Part shown: in pieces, positions 1-9,100 of the stretch | How positions within the stretch are numbered: the stretch's first letter is position 1 | Layout of the letters: every line of letters starts with the position of its first letter | Assembly: GCF_000007185.1 (NCBI RefSeq) | Contig: NC_003551.1 | Span: 480,001-512,000 of the forward strand | DNA from: Methanopyrus kandleri AV19 | GTDB taxonomy: Archaea > JAADCQ01 > Methanopyri > Methanopyrales > Methanopyraceae | DNA length: 32,000 bases | Reading direction: 5' to 3' | Notes under the pieces: model-generated | Databases searched by the model: none | Told to the model about the DNA's origin: nothing | Seen by the model: the letters and a program-made list of their open reading frames with translations, nothing else | Made by a program: the position numbers and the translations under genes

Positions 1-423
1 CATGCTGCGTCGGGCTCGGCGCATGGTAGTATGACGAGCCATCCGGTACACGTCCAGCGCGTAGTCTTCGTCCAGCTGAAACTCCGACCCGAGGACGAAC
101 TCGGTCTTGTTCGGGTCTAAACCCATCGCCAGGAAGCATCGGCGGTTGTAATCCGCCAGCTCACGTACTTCCTCTAACGTACCTTTCTCGTTGAGATACG
201 CGTGGAGATCCGCGAGGAGTATGATCACGTGGAAGCCGGCCTCTTGGAGGTCGATCATCTTGTCGATGACCAACTTGTGGCCGAGGTGAACTTTACCCGA
301 AGGCTCGAACCCGACGTACGCTACGGGTTCTTCTTTTTCCTCGAGAAGTTGTCGGAGCTCCTCCTCGGTTACGACCTCGACGGCGTTTCGGGTTACGAGT
401 TTCAACCTCTCCTCGACGTCCAC
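1..423 (-). CDS. tyrS: Tyrosyl-tRNA synthetase, N-terminal part (runs off window start)
   Basis: Minus-strand translation VDVEERLKLVTRNAVEVVTEEELRQLLEEKEEPVAYVGFEPSGKVHLGHKLVIDKMIDLQEAGFHVIILLADLHAYLNEKGTLEEVRELADYN. It has the class I HxGH-type motif and archaeal TyrRS pattern. GTG start preceded by AGGGGG. Confidence 0.88.
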   Translation of the reverse strand, partial: MDVEERLKLVTRNAVEVVTEEELRQLLEEKEEPVAYVGFEPSGKVHLGHKLVIDKMIDLQEAGFHVIILLADLHAYLNEKGTLEEVRELADYNRRCFLAMGLDPNKTEFVLGSEFQLDEDYALDVYRMARHTTMRRARRSM

Positions 424-455
424 GGACGAGACCCCCTGGCGGCGTCCTGCGTCCG

Positions 456-1520
456 TTAAAGGTATTCCTCAGGAACCACTACGGCGACACCTTTCAGCAG
501 AATCACGTACACGCGCTGTCCGACGTGAAGGTCGACATCGCTTTCATAACACTCAACCGTTTCACCCGTACGCTCCAACACGACCCGGGGCGGGGTGTCT
601 TCGATCACCACGGCGGGTTCGGGCTTCAGAACCTCGACGCCCTTCAGCTCCTCCCACTTACGTTTGACCACCTCCCTGCTGATGAGATGACGCAGAGAAC
701 ACCTCTCACCCAGACCTGTGACTAGATAAGGTTGGCCATCCACCAGTAGGATGTCGCCCTTGCGGAAATGAGGTATCCTCACGGAGATGGCGGCCTTGTA
801 CTTGCGCTTACTGCGCTCGCGGTCGAATCCGACGAGCTTGTGCGACTCCCCTACGGTCCCGCCGTACGCATCGACGAGGCGGCGGGCGAGCTTGCGTGCG
901 GCGTTGAGTGAACCGATGTAGAAGTCGATGCCCTCCTCAGGGTACTCCACGTCCGAGATGTAAGCCATGGGATCACGCTCGAGCAGTGAGGCGGCCGCCT
1001 CCGTCACGAAGTTCTCAACTTCCTCCCGCTCACGCTCGGTCAGCTTACCTCGGAGCGACCGCACTTGGAGTATAGCCTCGTAGTATCCCGACCGGAATTT
1101 CATGCATCGATCACACAGGGCGAATACTACCGGGACCTTGAGGTGATACTTCCGAGTGAGAACTTCCCCTCCTACCTCCCATTCACCCTCAGCGAGCAGC
1201 TCGACGAGGACGCGAGCTCCGGGACCACCCGGTTCACCCTTAACCTCCAGAGGTTTTATTCGGACATATACATCGGGAAGCGTTCGGAGGTTCTCCTCCA
1301 ACTCCCGGAGGACGTACTCTACGAGCAGTTCTTCGATACTCCCGACACCTTCAGGCGGATCTTCCCAGCGCAGCCCGGTGTGACGTGCTAAACACTGCGC
1401 ACAGACTCGGACCTCCAGTCCTTCGGGTACCTCGATCATCGGGTGCTCTTCAAGGTAACATTCCGGGCACAGGCCGTCTATCGTCGTATCGACCTCACGT
1501 CCGCACCGATGACATATCAG
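456..1520 (-). CDS. NMD3-family protein (ribosomal large-subunit biogenesis/export family)
   Basis: The ORF track gives 456..1439, but the same open frame continues upstream to 1520 encoding (CTG)-I-C-H-R-C-G-R-E-V-D-T-T-I-D-G-L-C-P-E-C-Y-L-E-E-H-P, the N-terminal Cys pairs expected of archaeal NMD3. These are followed by VCAQC and FALCDRC. Confidence 0.8.
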   Translation of the reverse strand: MICHRCGREVDTTIDGLCPECYLEEHPMIEVPEGLEVRVCAQCLARHTGLRWEDPPEGVGSIEELLVEYVLRELEENLRTLPDVYVRIKPLEVKGEPGGPGARVLVELLAEGEWEVGGEVLTRKYHLKVPVVFALCDRCMKFRSGYYEAILQVRSLRGKLTEREREEVENFVTEAAASLLERDPMAYISDVEYPEEGIDFYIGSLNAARKLARRLVDAYGGTVGESHKLVGFDRERSKRKYKAAISVRIPHFRKGDILLVDGQPYLVTGLGERCSLRHLISREVVKRKWEELKGVEVLKPEPAVVIEDTPPRVVLERTGETVECYESDVDLHVGQRVYVILLKGVAVVVPEEYL

Positions 1521-2639
1521 CTACCCTTCACCCCCGTTCGAGACGTACGGGCGGTTGTCGGGAATGCCCACGGTGTTACCGACCCCTACGATGATCACGG
1601 TACTGTCTTCAGGGGCTTCCTTAGCGAGTTCGAGGGCACGTTCGGCGGCTTCTTCCACGGCGTCAACGACGGACTTGGGCATGGGCATGACGGCCTCCGT
1701 AGCACTCATCTTGATGGCTACCGCATCGAGATCGATGCCTTCGTCGGCCGCGATCTGCTCGATCTTGTAACTCTCATGGCCGGGATCACCCATGGCCACT
1801 CCCACGCCCTCGCTGACTTTGCCTGTCTTCTCTCCCTCGAGTTTGAGGGCGGCGTCGATAGTTATAATTTTGGAAACATCACCGTATTCCCTTACGAGCT
1901 TCTTTACGGCACGCCCCAGTCTGCCCAAGTTACCCCCAGGCCCATGCGCCTTGACTATCAGCAGTCTGCGACCCTCTAGCTCCTTCTCGGCGGCCACAGT
2001 ACCTTTCTCCACCTCCCGGACGGGTGAGTCTCCGATGAGCCGAGCCGCGACCATAGGGCCAACGCTGTCGCCGATAGGCACACACTTGAGGAACGCTTTC
2101 GCACCCTCGTAGTTACTCTTCACGAACTGTTTAAATGTCGGCAATAGCATGGTTATTAGAAGCAAGAGCTGTATATTGTTGGTTTTCTTAGCAGATAACA
2201 GCAGGTGTCGGAGATATTGGGCAATAACATGGATGGAGAACACGCACGTAAGTGCCATACTCATGTTGTCTACTTCGACGCCATCGCGTTTTCCTGTGAG
2301 TACTCTTGCGTACGAGCGGAACTTATCCTCACTCCGCTCAATCAAGTTTTCAAGACGTTCAATAATACCGTGAGGATCTAGTTGCACAGGCTGAACCACG
2401 AATAGGTTTGCAGCCCGTTGTACGAGTGTTTCAGCCTCTTCCCTATCGCATCTGGCCCGTCTCACTACCATCTGCTGGACTTTTTCGTCTATTTTCCGTA
2501 TACGCTCGACTTCTCCCTCTATCCTCCTGAAAAGCACCACCTGATAGTAGACCCGAATGAAGAGCCAGAAGAGGATAATGGAGACAATAAAATACACCAG
2601 GTTCTCGACGAGTGATGTGTCCACGTTCAACGCCAGCAC
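1521..2639 (-). CDS. DUF1512-family archaeal protein with N-terminal transmembrane helix
   Basis: 372-aa ORF MLALNVDTSLVENLVYFIVSIILFWLFIRVYYQVVLFRR..., conserved-looking KAHGPGGNLGRLG and glycine-rich C-terminus. GTG start. Confidence 0.7.
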   Translation of the reverse strand: MLALNVDTSLVENLVYFIVSIILFWLFIRVYYQVVLFRRIEGEVERIRKIDEKVQQMVVRRARCDREEAETLVQRAANLFVVQPVQLDPHGIIERLENLIERSEDKFRSYARVLTGKRDGVEVDNMSMALTCVFSIHVIAQYLRHLLLSAKKTNNIQLLLLITMLLPTFKQFVKSNYEGAKAFLKCVPIGDSVGPMVAARLIGDSPVREVEKGTVAAEKELEGRRLLIVKAHGPGGNLGRLGRAVKKLVREYGDVSKIITIDAALKLEGEKTGKVSEGVGVAMGDPGHESYKIEQIAADEGIDLDAVAIKMSATEAVMPMPKSVVDAVEEAAERALELAKEAPEDSTVIIVGVGNTVGIPDNRPYVSNGGEG

Positions 2640-2697
2640 CCCATGGAAGGTCGCTGGACTCCGTCACCCTTATACGTGATGGAAGCTGTGTCGCCGG

Positions 2698-3153
2698 TTG
2701 GCGGGGGGACCCGAGTTGGCGCTAAAGAACCCGGCGGTTCACTTACTCTCGGCGTTGTGCCTATGGGGGGTCGCCGGGCTCATACTAGCTGGTGCGCAGT
2801 CAGTACTAATCTCGTTCGCCTCCGTATTGTCCTCCGATCCCGGTATGGTTTTAAACGCTTTCGTCCTTCTCTTAGCGCTCGTTAGCGCCAATTCTCCCGC
2901 AACTTTCGCAGAGATTTACATGGGAGAACCTCAACCGTATGCGATAGCATCGATACTGTTTGGATTCGCTCCTATAATACCATATCTAATAATTTCGCCC
3001 TTTCGATGTAATGTGCTTGTGTTAACGGCGTGGTGGAAGCCCATAATTATAGCCTTACTGGCGATATGGTGTATTGAGTTCGCAATATATTATCGCAGGG
3101 TGAAAGTCTTCGGGTACAGATACGTGAACGTTCACAGATTCGTATTCCGCTAG
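2698..3153 (+). CDS. Small multi-pass membrane protein, unknown function
   Basis: 151-aa ORF with TTG start and several hydrophobic segments (LLSALCLWGVAGLILAGA, MVLNAFVLLLALVSA, IASILFGFAPIIPYLII, PIIIALLAIWCIEFAIYY). Confidence 0.6.
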   Translation: MAGGPELALKNPAVHLLSALCLWGVAGLILAGAQSVLISFASVLSSDPGMVLNAFVLLLALVSANSPATFAEIYMGEPQPYAIASILFGFAPIIPYLIISPFRCNVLVLTAWWKPIIIALLAIWCIEFAIYYRRVKVFGYRYVNVHRFVFR

Positions 3154-3854
3154 TTCCGTCTCTTAACCCCTAGAACACGTCGTTTAGCTTTCTCGAATAT
3201 CCACAGTAGTGCTTTGATTTCCTTATCTGTGCATCTTGCTCTGGCGAGAAACCTCCGGAAGGTCGTGCACACGTTCTCGCGACGGGTACTGTCGAAGTTC
3301 AAAGCCTTCATGAGGTCGTCCAAGGACTTCACTAGCACCTCCTTCTCTCGCTTAGTGGCAGCACGACCGTACCGTTCCGGCACGTACTCCATCTTCTTAA
3401 GCTCGTAAAGTACTACAGCCACGGAATGCGAGAGGTTCATGGAACGGTACTCCTCGCTTGTCGGGATATGAAGGGTGGCGTCGCAAAGCTCGACCTCCCA
3501 AGTCCTCAGACCTCTATCTTCGGGCCCGAATACCACGGCGATCTTCTCGTAGTCCGAAAACGCCTCTCTGACCTCCCAGGGCATCATCGGGTTCCTAGCG
3601 GGCGTTGAGGCGAGGACGGCGGTCGTCGCTATGGCCGCCTCCACGTCCTCGATAGCCTCCTCCAACGTGTTCACTATCACCGCGTTCTCCAACAGGTCGA
3701 GCGCGTGCATCGCCCGAGCTATCGCCACTTCACCGAGCTCTGACCTAGGTCTTACTAAAAAGAGCTCCTTTACCCCGAAGTTTTTCATGACACGGGCTAC
3801 GTGACCGATGTTCCCGTCGTACTTCGGTTCTACCAGTACCACCCGCACGTCCAA
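3150..3854 (-). CDS. trmJ: RNA methyltransferase, SPOUT/TrmJ family
   Basis: MDVRVVLVEPKYDGNIGHVARVMKNFG...VFGPEDRGLRTWEVELCDATLHIPTSEEYRSMNLSHSVAVVLYEL contains the SpoU/TrmJ motifs. Confidence 0.85.
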   Translation of the reverse strand: MDVRVVLVEPKYDGNIGHVARVMKNFGVKELFLVRPRSELGEVAIARAMHALDLLENAVIVNTLEEAIEDVEAAIATTAVLASTPARNPMMPWEVREAFSDYEKIAVVFGPEDRGLRTWEVELCDATLHIPTSEEYRSMNLSHSVAVVLYELKKMEYVPERYGRAATKREKEVLVKSLDDLMKALNFDSTRRENVCTTFRRFLARARCTDKEIKALLWIFEKAKRRVLGVKRRN

Positions 3855-3891
3855 GCTGGATTCCTCCGGGGTGCAGTCTTTGCTCGAGGGT

Positions 3892-5811
3892 ATGGTCGTG
3901 AACGAGTTTCGGGAGCGAAGGACTAACTACTGGGACGGGGAGGTCGAGATCGAAACGGAGGACGGAAAACTCAAGCTTCGGATGCCCGGAACTATAGCAG
4001 GTTGGCTCACGAAGGGTACCAGGGTCAGGGTGCACGGCGCCGACGGGGTGCAGTCCGTCGACGTATTTAAAGATGATGTGGAGGTGGAGCGGAGGTACGA
4101 GGACGAGTGGGTGCCGGTGTGGCCACCGTTCGAGATGGAGACCGAAGTAGAGAAGCGGGATACGCTCGGTCGTGGTGTTTACGAGTACAGATTGCGGGCC
4201 AGGGAGGCCATCTACCGGGAAGACTTCGAAGCTATCGTGGGCCTCGAACAGTACCATTACGCCTCCGATAAAGACGTGGTGGCAGTGTGGGGATGTAATG
4301 AGTGTGGACGCTCGATACGGGCCAACCTCAAGCCGGAAGAGTGCCCCGGATGCGGCTCGTCGCGGATCGAACTTCGAACGATCAGAGGCTCGTTACCCGC
4401 TTCCAGGTTCATGGTAGTGGAGCTGCTGAACGGCGAGGAGTACGAGCCGGATGTCCTGGCATACGTCCGTGTGGATCCGCCCATCCCTAAACTCAACCGA
4501 CGTCTCGACGGTAAAGTGGAGCGAAACATCAGGGAGAAAGTCTTCGGCAAGGACTGGTTCCACCCTACCTTCGAGCCCAAGCGAGGTAAGACCATTGAGG
4601 ACATCCTAAGTGCCTGCGACACCAAAGCGGCTCGCATAGCTCGGGTCGTGGTTCATCCAGAGTACCGGGCCGACGGTATTGGGAGAGCCTCGGTGCAAGC
4701 CGCTGTACGATGGGTGAAAGAGCGTCGAATCCCGGAAATGAAGTCGGAAAAACACCTGATCGAAGTTATCGCCCAAATGGCCAGGTACCATCCGATCTTC
4801 GAGAGCGTCGGGTTCGTATACCTATGGGATACCGGCTCCGGCCGACCTTACCTCGTACGTCCGCTGTCGGAAGATGCCAAGAGGAAGGTTTCGAGGTTCA
4901 TCAAAACCGACAAGATAGCGAGACAGCACGGCGGCCGACTGTACAGATCCAGGTTGCGAAAACTCGAGGTAGAGCCCCTCGACGGACCGATCAAGGTGAA
5001 GCGACTCCACAAGATGTTCTCCACGGAGCTCGACGTGAAAGGGTTGCCCAAGGACGTCGTTAAGCTTCTCGAGGCGTTCGGGGTCCTTCATCGGAAGATT
5101 CAGCAGTACGCGCTTCAGGACGTGAACCTACGGATCGAGCCCGGCGAACTCGTCGTGGTGGTCGGCCCCAGCGGAGCCGGAAAGACGACGTTAGTCCGCA
5201 TGATTATGGGCGCACACGAAGAATTCATCGAGAATGTCCGCCGGCGCATCATCCGCGAGCTTTCGACGCCGGTAGTGTCCCGAGCACTGTCTTCCATGGG
5301 TACGAACCCTAAAGAGGTCGCGGATAAGCTGGTCAAGGAGATGTACCAGCCCGACAAGGGGAAAGTTTCCCTACCTGAGAACACCGAACTGTCCGCGATG
5401 ATCCCGGGGGAAGTGGAACCCGAGATCGACCCCGGTGTGACCATCATCGAAGACCTGTGGTCGGTGACCGGGGACGTGAACGTCGCGGTGGAGATACTCA
5501 ACCGGTCCGGTATCTCGGATGCCGTGCTGTACCGGAGCCCGTACGAGCGGTTGTCTCCGGGTCAGAAGGAGCGAGTTCGCCTGGCCAGGATGATCGCGGA
5601 GGGGGCTAACCTGATAGTAGTCGACGAGTTTTGCTCGCACCTGGATCCGAAGACCGCCATGCGCGTGGCCCGAAGCTTTTCGGAAATGTGCAGGGAGTTA
5701 GAGATCACCGCGCTGATTATCACGCACAGAGCCGAGGTCATCGATGCGCTAGCGCCGGATAAACTGGTGTACGTCGGGTATGGGTTGGTTGGGGTGGAGG
5801 AGAAGAGTTAG
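3892..5811 (+). CDS. ABC-type ATPase fused to predicted acetyltransferase-like domain (COG2401-like)
   Basis: Zn-ribbon CNECGRSI...CPGCG, GNAT-like VVHPEYRADGIGRASVQAAVRW, Walker A GPSGAGKTT, ABC signature RLSPGQKERVRLAR and Walker B NLIVVDEF. The ORF track starts at 3808, but a start at 3892/3898 has a closer SD. Confidence 0.82.
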   Translation: MVVNEFRERRTNYWDGEVEIETEDGKLKLRMPGTIAGWLTKGTRVRVHGADGVQSVDVFKDDVEVERRYEDEWVPVWPPFEMETEVEKRDTLGRGVYEYRLRAREAIYREDFEAIVGLEQYHYASDKDVVAVWGCNECGRSIRANLKPEECPGCGSSRIELRTIRGSLPASRFMVVELLNGEEYEPDVLAYVRVDPPIPKLNRRLDGKVERNIREKVFGKDWFHPTFEPKRGKTIEDILSACDTKAARIARVVVHPEYRADGIGRASVQAAVRWVKERRIPEMKSEKHLIEVIAQMARYHPIFESVGFVYLWDTGSGRPYLVRPLSEDAKRKVSRFIKTDKIARQHGGRLYRSRLRKLEVEPLDGPIKVKRLHKMFSTELDVKGLPKDVVKLLEAFGVLHRKIQQYALQDVNLRIEPGELVVVVGPSGAGKTTLVRMIMGAHEEFIENVRRRIIRELSTPVVSRALSSMGTNPKEVADKLVKEMYQPDKGKVSLPENTELSAMIPGEVEPEIDPGVTIIEDLWSVTGDVNVAVEILNRSGISDAVLYRSPYERLSPGQKERVRLARMIAEGANLIVVDEFCSHLDPKTAMRVARSFSEMCRELEITALIITHRAEVIDALAPDKLVYVGYGLVGVEEKS

Positions 5812-6257
5812 CCTTCTTCACCCTCTCCCTCACCTTCAGGCGGTATCGCCAGTACCGGGCAGGGTGACCTTGATAGTACACCCTTGGTCGTACTGCCCAG
5901 GATGAGACCCTTGACTCCGGAGAGGCCCCGTGTACCCATCACGATCAGATCAACGTCTCGCTCCTTAGCCTCTTCAACGATCCCTTGAACCACAGAGGGT
6001 GACTCCACTACGAGAGTTTCAACATCAATGCCTTCCTCCTTGGCCATCTCGGCGATCTCGTTGACGATCTTCTCGGCCTCCTTTACGATCTCCTCGGGCA
6101 GCGTGAACGAGGGTTTCGTACCCAATGGACTCCATAGCGGAATCACGTGAATCACAATCAGTGTCGCATCTTCTTTCTTGGCGATTTCGATGGCCGCTTT
6201 GGCGGCCTGCTTAGCGTTTTCCGACCCGTCGGTCGGTACCATAATTCTCTCAAACAC
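5808..6257 (-). CDS. Universal stress protein (UspA family)
   Basis: MFERIMVPTDGSENAKQAAKAAIEIAKK...DLIVMGTRGLSGVKGLILGSTTKGVLSRSPCPVLAIP contains the G-2X-G-9X-G(S/T) motif. GTG start with SD GGGGGTG. Confidence 0.93.
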   Translation of the reverse strand: MFERIMVPTDGSENAKQAAKAAIEIAKKEDATLIVIHVIPLWSPLGTKPSFTLPEEIVKEAEKIVNEIAEMAKEEGIDVETLVVESPSVVQGIVEEAKERDVDLIVMGTRGLSGVKGLILGSTTKGVLSRSPCPVLAIPPEGEGEGEEG

Positions 6258-6327
6258 TGGAAGACACCCCCACTATCGTAGCTTCACCACGTATAATACC
6301 GTAACGCTTCGTCTCGGGGGGTAGACC

Positions 6328-6723
6328 TTGCACCCCATGGCCCGTAGACACTTTGAGAAACTGGACGAGAAGCGCGTACGCGAGCCCGTCGGTCCCAATA
6401 AAGACTGTGAGTACTACCCGTGCCACTTTGATGGTCAAGACTGTACATGGTGTTTTTGTCCTCTATACCCGTGTCTGGACGAAGAGCTTGGGGAGTGGAT
6501 TAAGACCAAGAACGGCTCCGAAGTTTGGAGTTGTAAGGATTGCCACCTTATTCACAGACCGGAACCCGCTAAGGTGCTACTTCGAGAACTGTTAAGTGTG
6601 GGAAATGGGAGCGTGTTACGAGGTGCAGAACGACTAGAAGAAGATCCAGAACTCAAGGAGAAGGTGCTTGAAAGTGTCAAAAGAGCCGATCGGAAACACC
6701 GACAGCACTCCTCACGACGTTGA
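6328..6723 (+). CDS. Cysteine-rich small protein (zf-like/PF04071-type)
   Basis: DCEYYPCHFDGQDCTWCFCPLYPCLDEELGEWI...VWSCKDCHLIHRPEPAKVLLREL. TTG start after GGGGGGTAGACC. Confidence 0.72.
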   Translation: MHPMARRHFEKLDEKRVREPVGPNKDCEYYPCHFDGQDCTWCFCPLYPCLDEELGEWIKTKNGSEVWSCKDCHLIHRPEPAKVLLRELLSVGNGSVLRGAERLEEDPELKEKVLESVKRADRKHRQHSSRR

Positions 6724-7123
6724 GGACCTCCTGGTCAACCCGGAATAGCGGGTTAGGATGGAAGTCCATGTTCAAACGCTCTTTGATGAGCCGCCTTAAG
6801 TCCTCCAGGGGAAGAGGGTTGGGATACCTAACGGGACCGTCCAGTGTAATCAGGTACGCGTGATCACGGCCCTCAAGGTACCTCCTCAGCTCGTCCTCGG
6901 ACGCTTTGGCTAACTCCGCGATCTCGGCGAGATCTTCCTCGGACTGTATCGCCACCTTCTTGATTTCCTCTATGGTGACCTCGCCGAGCACGGCGCACAG
7001 TGGACTGGACGCGTACACGATGCAGGTACGTTCTCGGAGGATCGTTCCCGGGAGCCACCTTCTAACTTCGACGTTCTTGACGCCGTCTAGGATCAAATTC
7101 GCGAATTTCGGCTTTACCGACAT
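6677..7123 (-). CDS. ASCH/PUA-like domain protein
   Basis: MSVKPKFANLILDGVKNVEVRRWLP...AVLGEVTIEEI resembles ASCH proteins. The start was chosen at the internal ATG because the upstream frame (to 7267) does not look coding. Confidence 0.65.
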   Translation of the reverse strand: MSVKPKFANLILDGVKNVEVRRWLPGTILRERTCIVYASSPLCAVLGEVTIEEIKKVAIQSEEDLAEIAELAKASEDELRRYLEGRDHAYLITLDGPVRYPNPLPLEDLRRLIKERLNMDFHPNPLFRVDQEVLNVVRSAVGVSDRLF

Positions 7124-7263
7124 CCACACGGGCAAACCGAGAACCCGTAACGGTAGGATGCATTCCTGGTTTTTGTAATCTTGAGAAGGGTTATTGTAGG
7201 AAAGATATGGTATGAGGGCGACCGGACTGATAGTGGAGAGAACTAGTGGGATGCGGAGGGAGG

Positions 7264-8313
7264 TCACTCCTTGAAGTGCGGAATTACCTCCTGACCTACG
7301 AGCTCGATAGCCTTCTCCTTGTCCGGACCGATCGGCGAGCCGACGACGACCTGAGTGACGCCGGCCTTCAGTAGCTCTTCGATCTTGTCGACTACGGTGT
7401 CCGGGTCTCCGGCGATGGAGAACGCCTCGATCATGTCCTCGTCCACGAGGCCGATCGCGGTGCCGAAGTCGCCCTTACCGATCGCCTCAGCGATCTGCTC
7501 GGCCTTCTCCGTGTCGATGCCGTGACGCTCCAGCACCACGTCCGGAGAACCCATCACGATGAACGCGACCACGATCTTCGTGGCCTCGATGGCCTTGTCC
7601 TCATCCTTGTCGATCGAGAAGCACGTGTACGCCGCGACGTCGATCTCGTCGAGGCTTCGACCGGCCTCCTTCGCACCCTCCTCGATCTTCGGAACGGCTA
7701 CCTCGAAGTCCTTCGGGTTCGAAGCGTTGACGAGGACTCCGTCCGCAATCTCACCGGCAGTCTTCAGCATGATCGGACCCTGAGCTCCCATGTAGAACGG
7801 AATGTCTGAACCTTGGATAGAGCGTGCATTCACGTCGGCTGTTCCCGTCTTGACGTACTTGCCTTCGTACTCTACCGGGCCGCCTTCCAGGTACTGGTAG
7901 ATCACCTCCTTGACCTCGCGGATAGCGGTCGCGGGACCGACCTCGTCCTCGGCCTCAGGGTTCCAGATCGGGATCTTACACGGGAACGGCAGTCCCATCT
8001 TGTCGAACGTGGCCTTGTCTCCGGGACCCATTCCGATGATCGCACGACCGCCGGAGATCCAGTCCAGCGTGGCAATGTTACTCGCGGTGATCAGTGGATG
8101 CCGGGTGTACGGGTTAGTGATACCCGGGCCGAGCTTGATCTTGCTGGTGATCACGGCGGCTAGAGTCAGGACTCCCATGTAGGAGTAATTGTTGTAGTGA
8201 TCACAGATCCACGCGTACTCGAACCCGTTGTCTTCGGCGACCTTGATCAGGTGGGCGATCTTCGTGGGCTTGTCGTCCGGTAAGAGCTCAATACCAAAGG
8301 ACACCTCTGCCAT
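7264..8313 (-). CDS. mer: F420-dependent 5,10-methylenetetrahydromethanopterin reductase
   Basis: 349 aa, MAEVSFGIELLPDDKPTKIAHLIKVAEDNGFEYAWICDHYNNYSYMGVLTLAAVITSKIKLGPGITNPYTRHP..., highly characteristic of Mer. Confidence 0.97.
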   Translation of the reverse strand: MAEVSFGIELLPDDKPTKIAHLIKVAEDNGFEYAWICDHYNNYSYMGVLTLAAVITSKIKLGPGITNPYTRHPLITASNIATLDWISGGRAIIGMGPGDKATFDKMGLPFPCKIPIWNPEAEDEVGPATAIREVKEVIYQYLEGGPVEYEGKYVKTGTADVNARSIQGSDIPFYMGAQGPIMLKTAGEIADGVLVNASNPKDFEVAVPKIEEGAKEAGRSLDEIDVAAYTCFSIDKDEDKAIEATKIVVAFIVMGSPDVVLERHGIDTEKAEQIAEAIGKGDFGTAIGLVDEDMIEAFSIAGDPDTVVDKIEELLKAGVTQVVVGSPIGPDKEKAIELVGQEVIPHFKE

Positions 8314-8341
8314 TGTTTGAACCCCTATCGAGCACTTGATC

Positions 8342-8353
8342 TCACTTTTAAAT
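8342..8353 (-). promoter_or_regulatory. Candidate archaeal TATA box for mer
   Basis: Minus strand reads AGTATTTAAAAGTGAG about 30-40 nt upstream of the mer start. Confidence 0.45.
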
Positions 8354-8503
8354 ACTGAAGGTCTCGGTGCGGGGCGAACTGAAGTTAGTAGGTTCGTTCA
8401 CCGACGAGAGTTGAGGTAGGACTCTACAGTGGTCGCAAGCGTGACCGGTGGAGTTATTACAACGGCGGAAGACGCGCGTTTCCGGCGGGGGTGCCCTCTA
8501 TTG

Positions 8504-9094
8504 GTGCGCAGCGTGTCGGTAGGCGAGGTAGCCAGACGTGACGTGATCACGGGCAGTCCCACGGAAACCGCAGTGGAGATCGCCTACAAGATGCGGGAAC
8601 ATGGCATCGGCAGCGTGGTCATAGTGAACGAGAAAGACGAGCCCATTGGCATCATCACGGAGCGCGATCTCGTGATCAAGGTGGTATCACAGGGTAAGAA
8701 CCCCGACGAGGTGATAGCGCGGGATATCATGTCTCAACCGGTGATTACCGTCGAGGAGGACATGGAGGTCAACGAAGCCGTGAAACTGATGGTAGACAAG
8801 GGGATTCGAAGGCTTCCGATCGTAGACGATAATGGTAAACTGATAGGTATCGTAACGATGCAGGACATTCTCCAGGTTGAGCCCTACTTAGTAGCTACCA
8901 TAGAGGAGGAGATGAAGAAATTCCAGGAAGAGCTCGAGGAACTAGAGGAAGTGTCAGAGATTATTGAAGGAGTTTGCGACCTCTGTGAGACCTACTCGGA
9001 AGAGCTCCGATTCGTCGACGGAGTGTGGGTTTGTCCTGAGTGTTACGAGGACATTTTAGGCAGGGAGATCGAAGACAGGGAACTCGAGGAGTGA
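8504..9094 (+). CDS. CBS-domain pair protein with C-terminal zinc-ribbon-like motif
   Basis: Two CBS repeats (GIGSVVIVNEKDEPIGIITERDLV; GIRRLPIVDDNGKLIGIVTMQDIL), then CDLCETYSEELRFVDGVWVCPECY. The true start is likely TTG 8501 or GTG 8504 rather than 8429. Confidence 0.85.
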   Translation: MRSVSVGEVARRDVITGSPTETAVEIAYKMREHGIGSVVIVNEKDEPIGIITERDLVIKVVSQGKNPDEVIARDIMSQPVITVEEDMEVNEAVKLMVDKGIRRLPIVDDNGKLIGIVTMQDILQVEPYLVATIEEEMKKFQEELEELEEVSEIIEGVCDLCETYSEELRFVDGVWVCPECYEDILGREIEDRELEE

Positions 9095-9100
9095 TCACCC

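Noticed and set aside
3808-3891. Upstream extension of the ABC/acetyltransferase ORF
   Set aside because: It overlaps the start of the divergent trmJ gene and lacks domain similarity. A start at 3892 or 3898 is more likely.
7124-7267. N-terminal 48 codons of the ASCH-like ORF as listed in the track
   Set aside because: The segment lacks family-like sequence and overlaps the mer stop. The internal ATG at 7123 begins the conserved domain.
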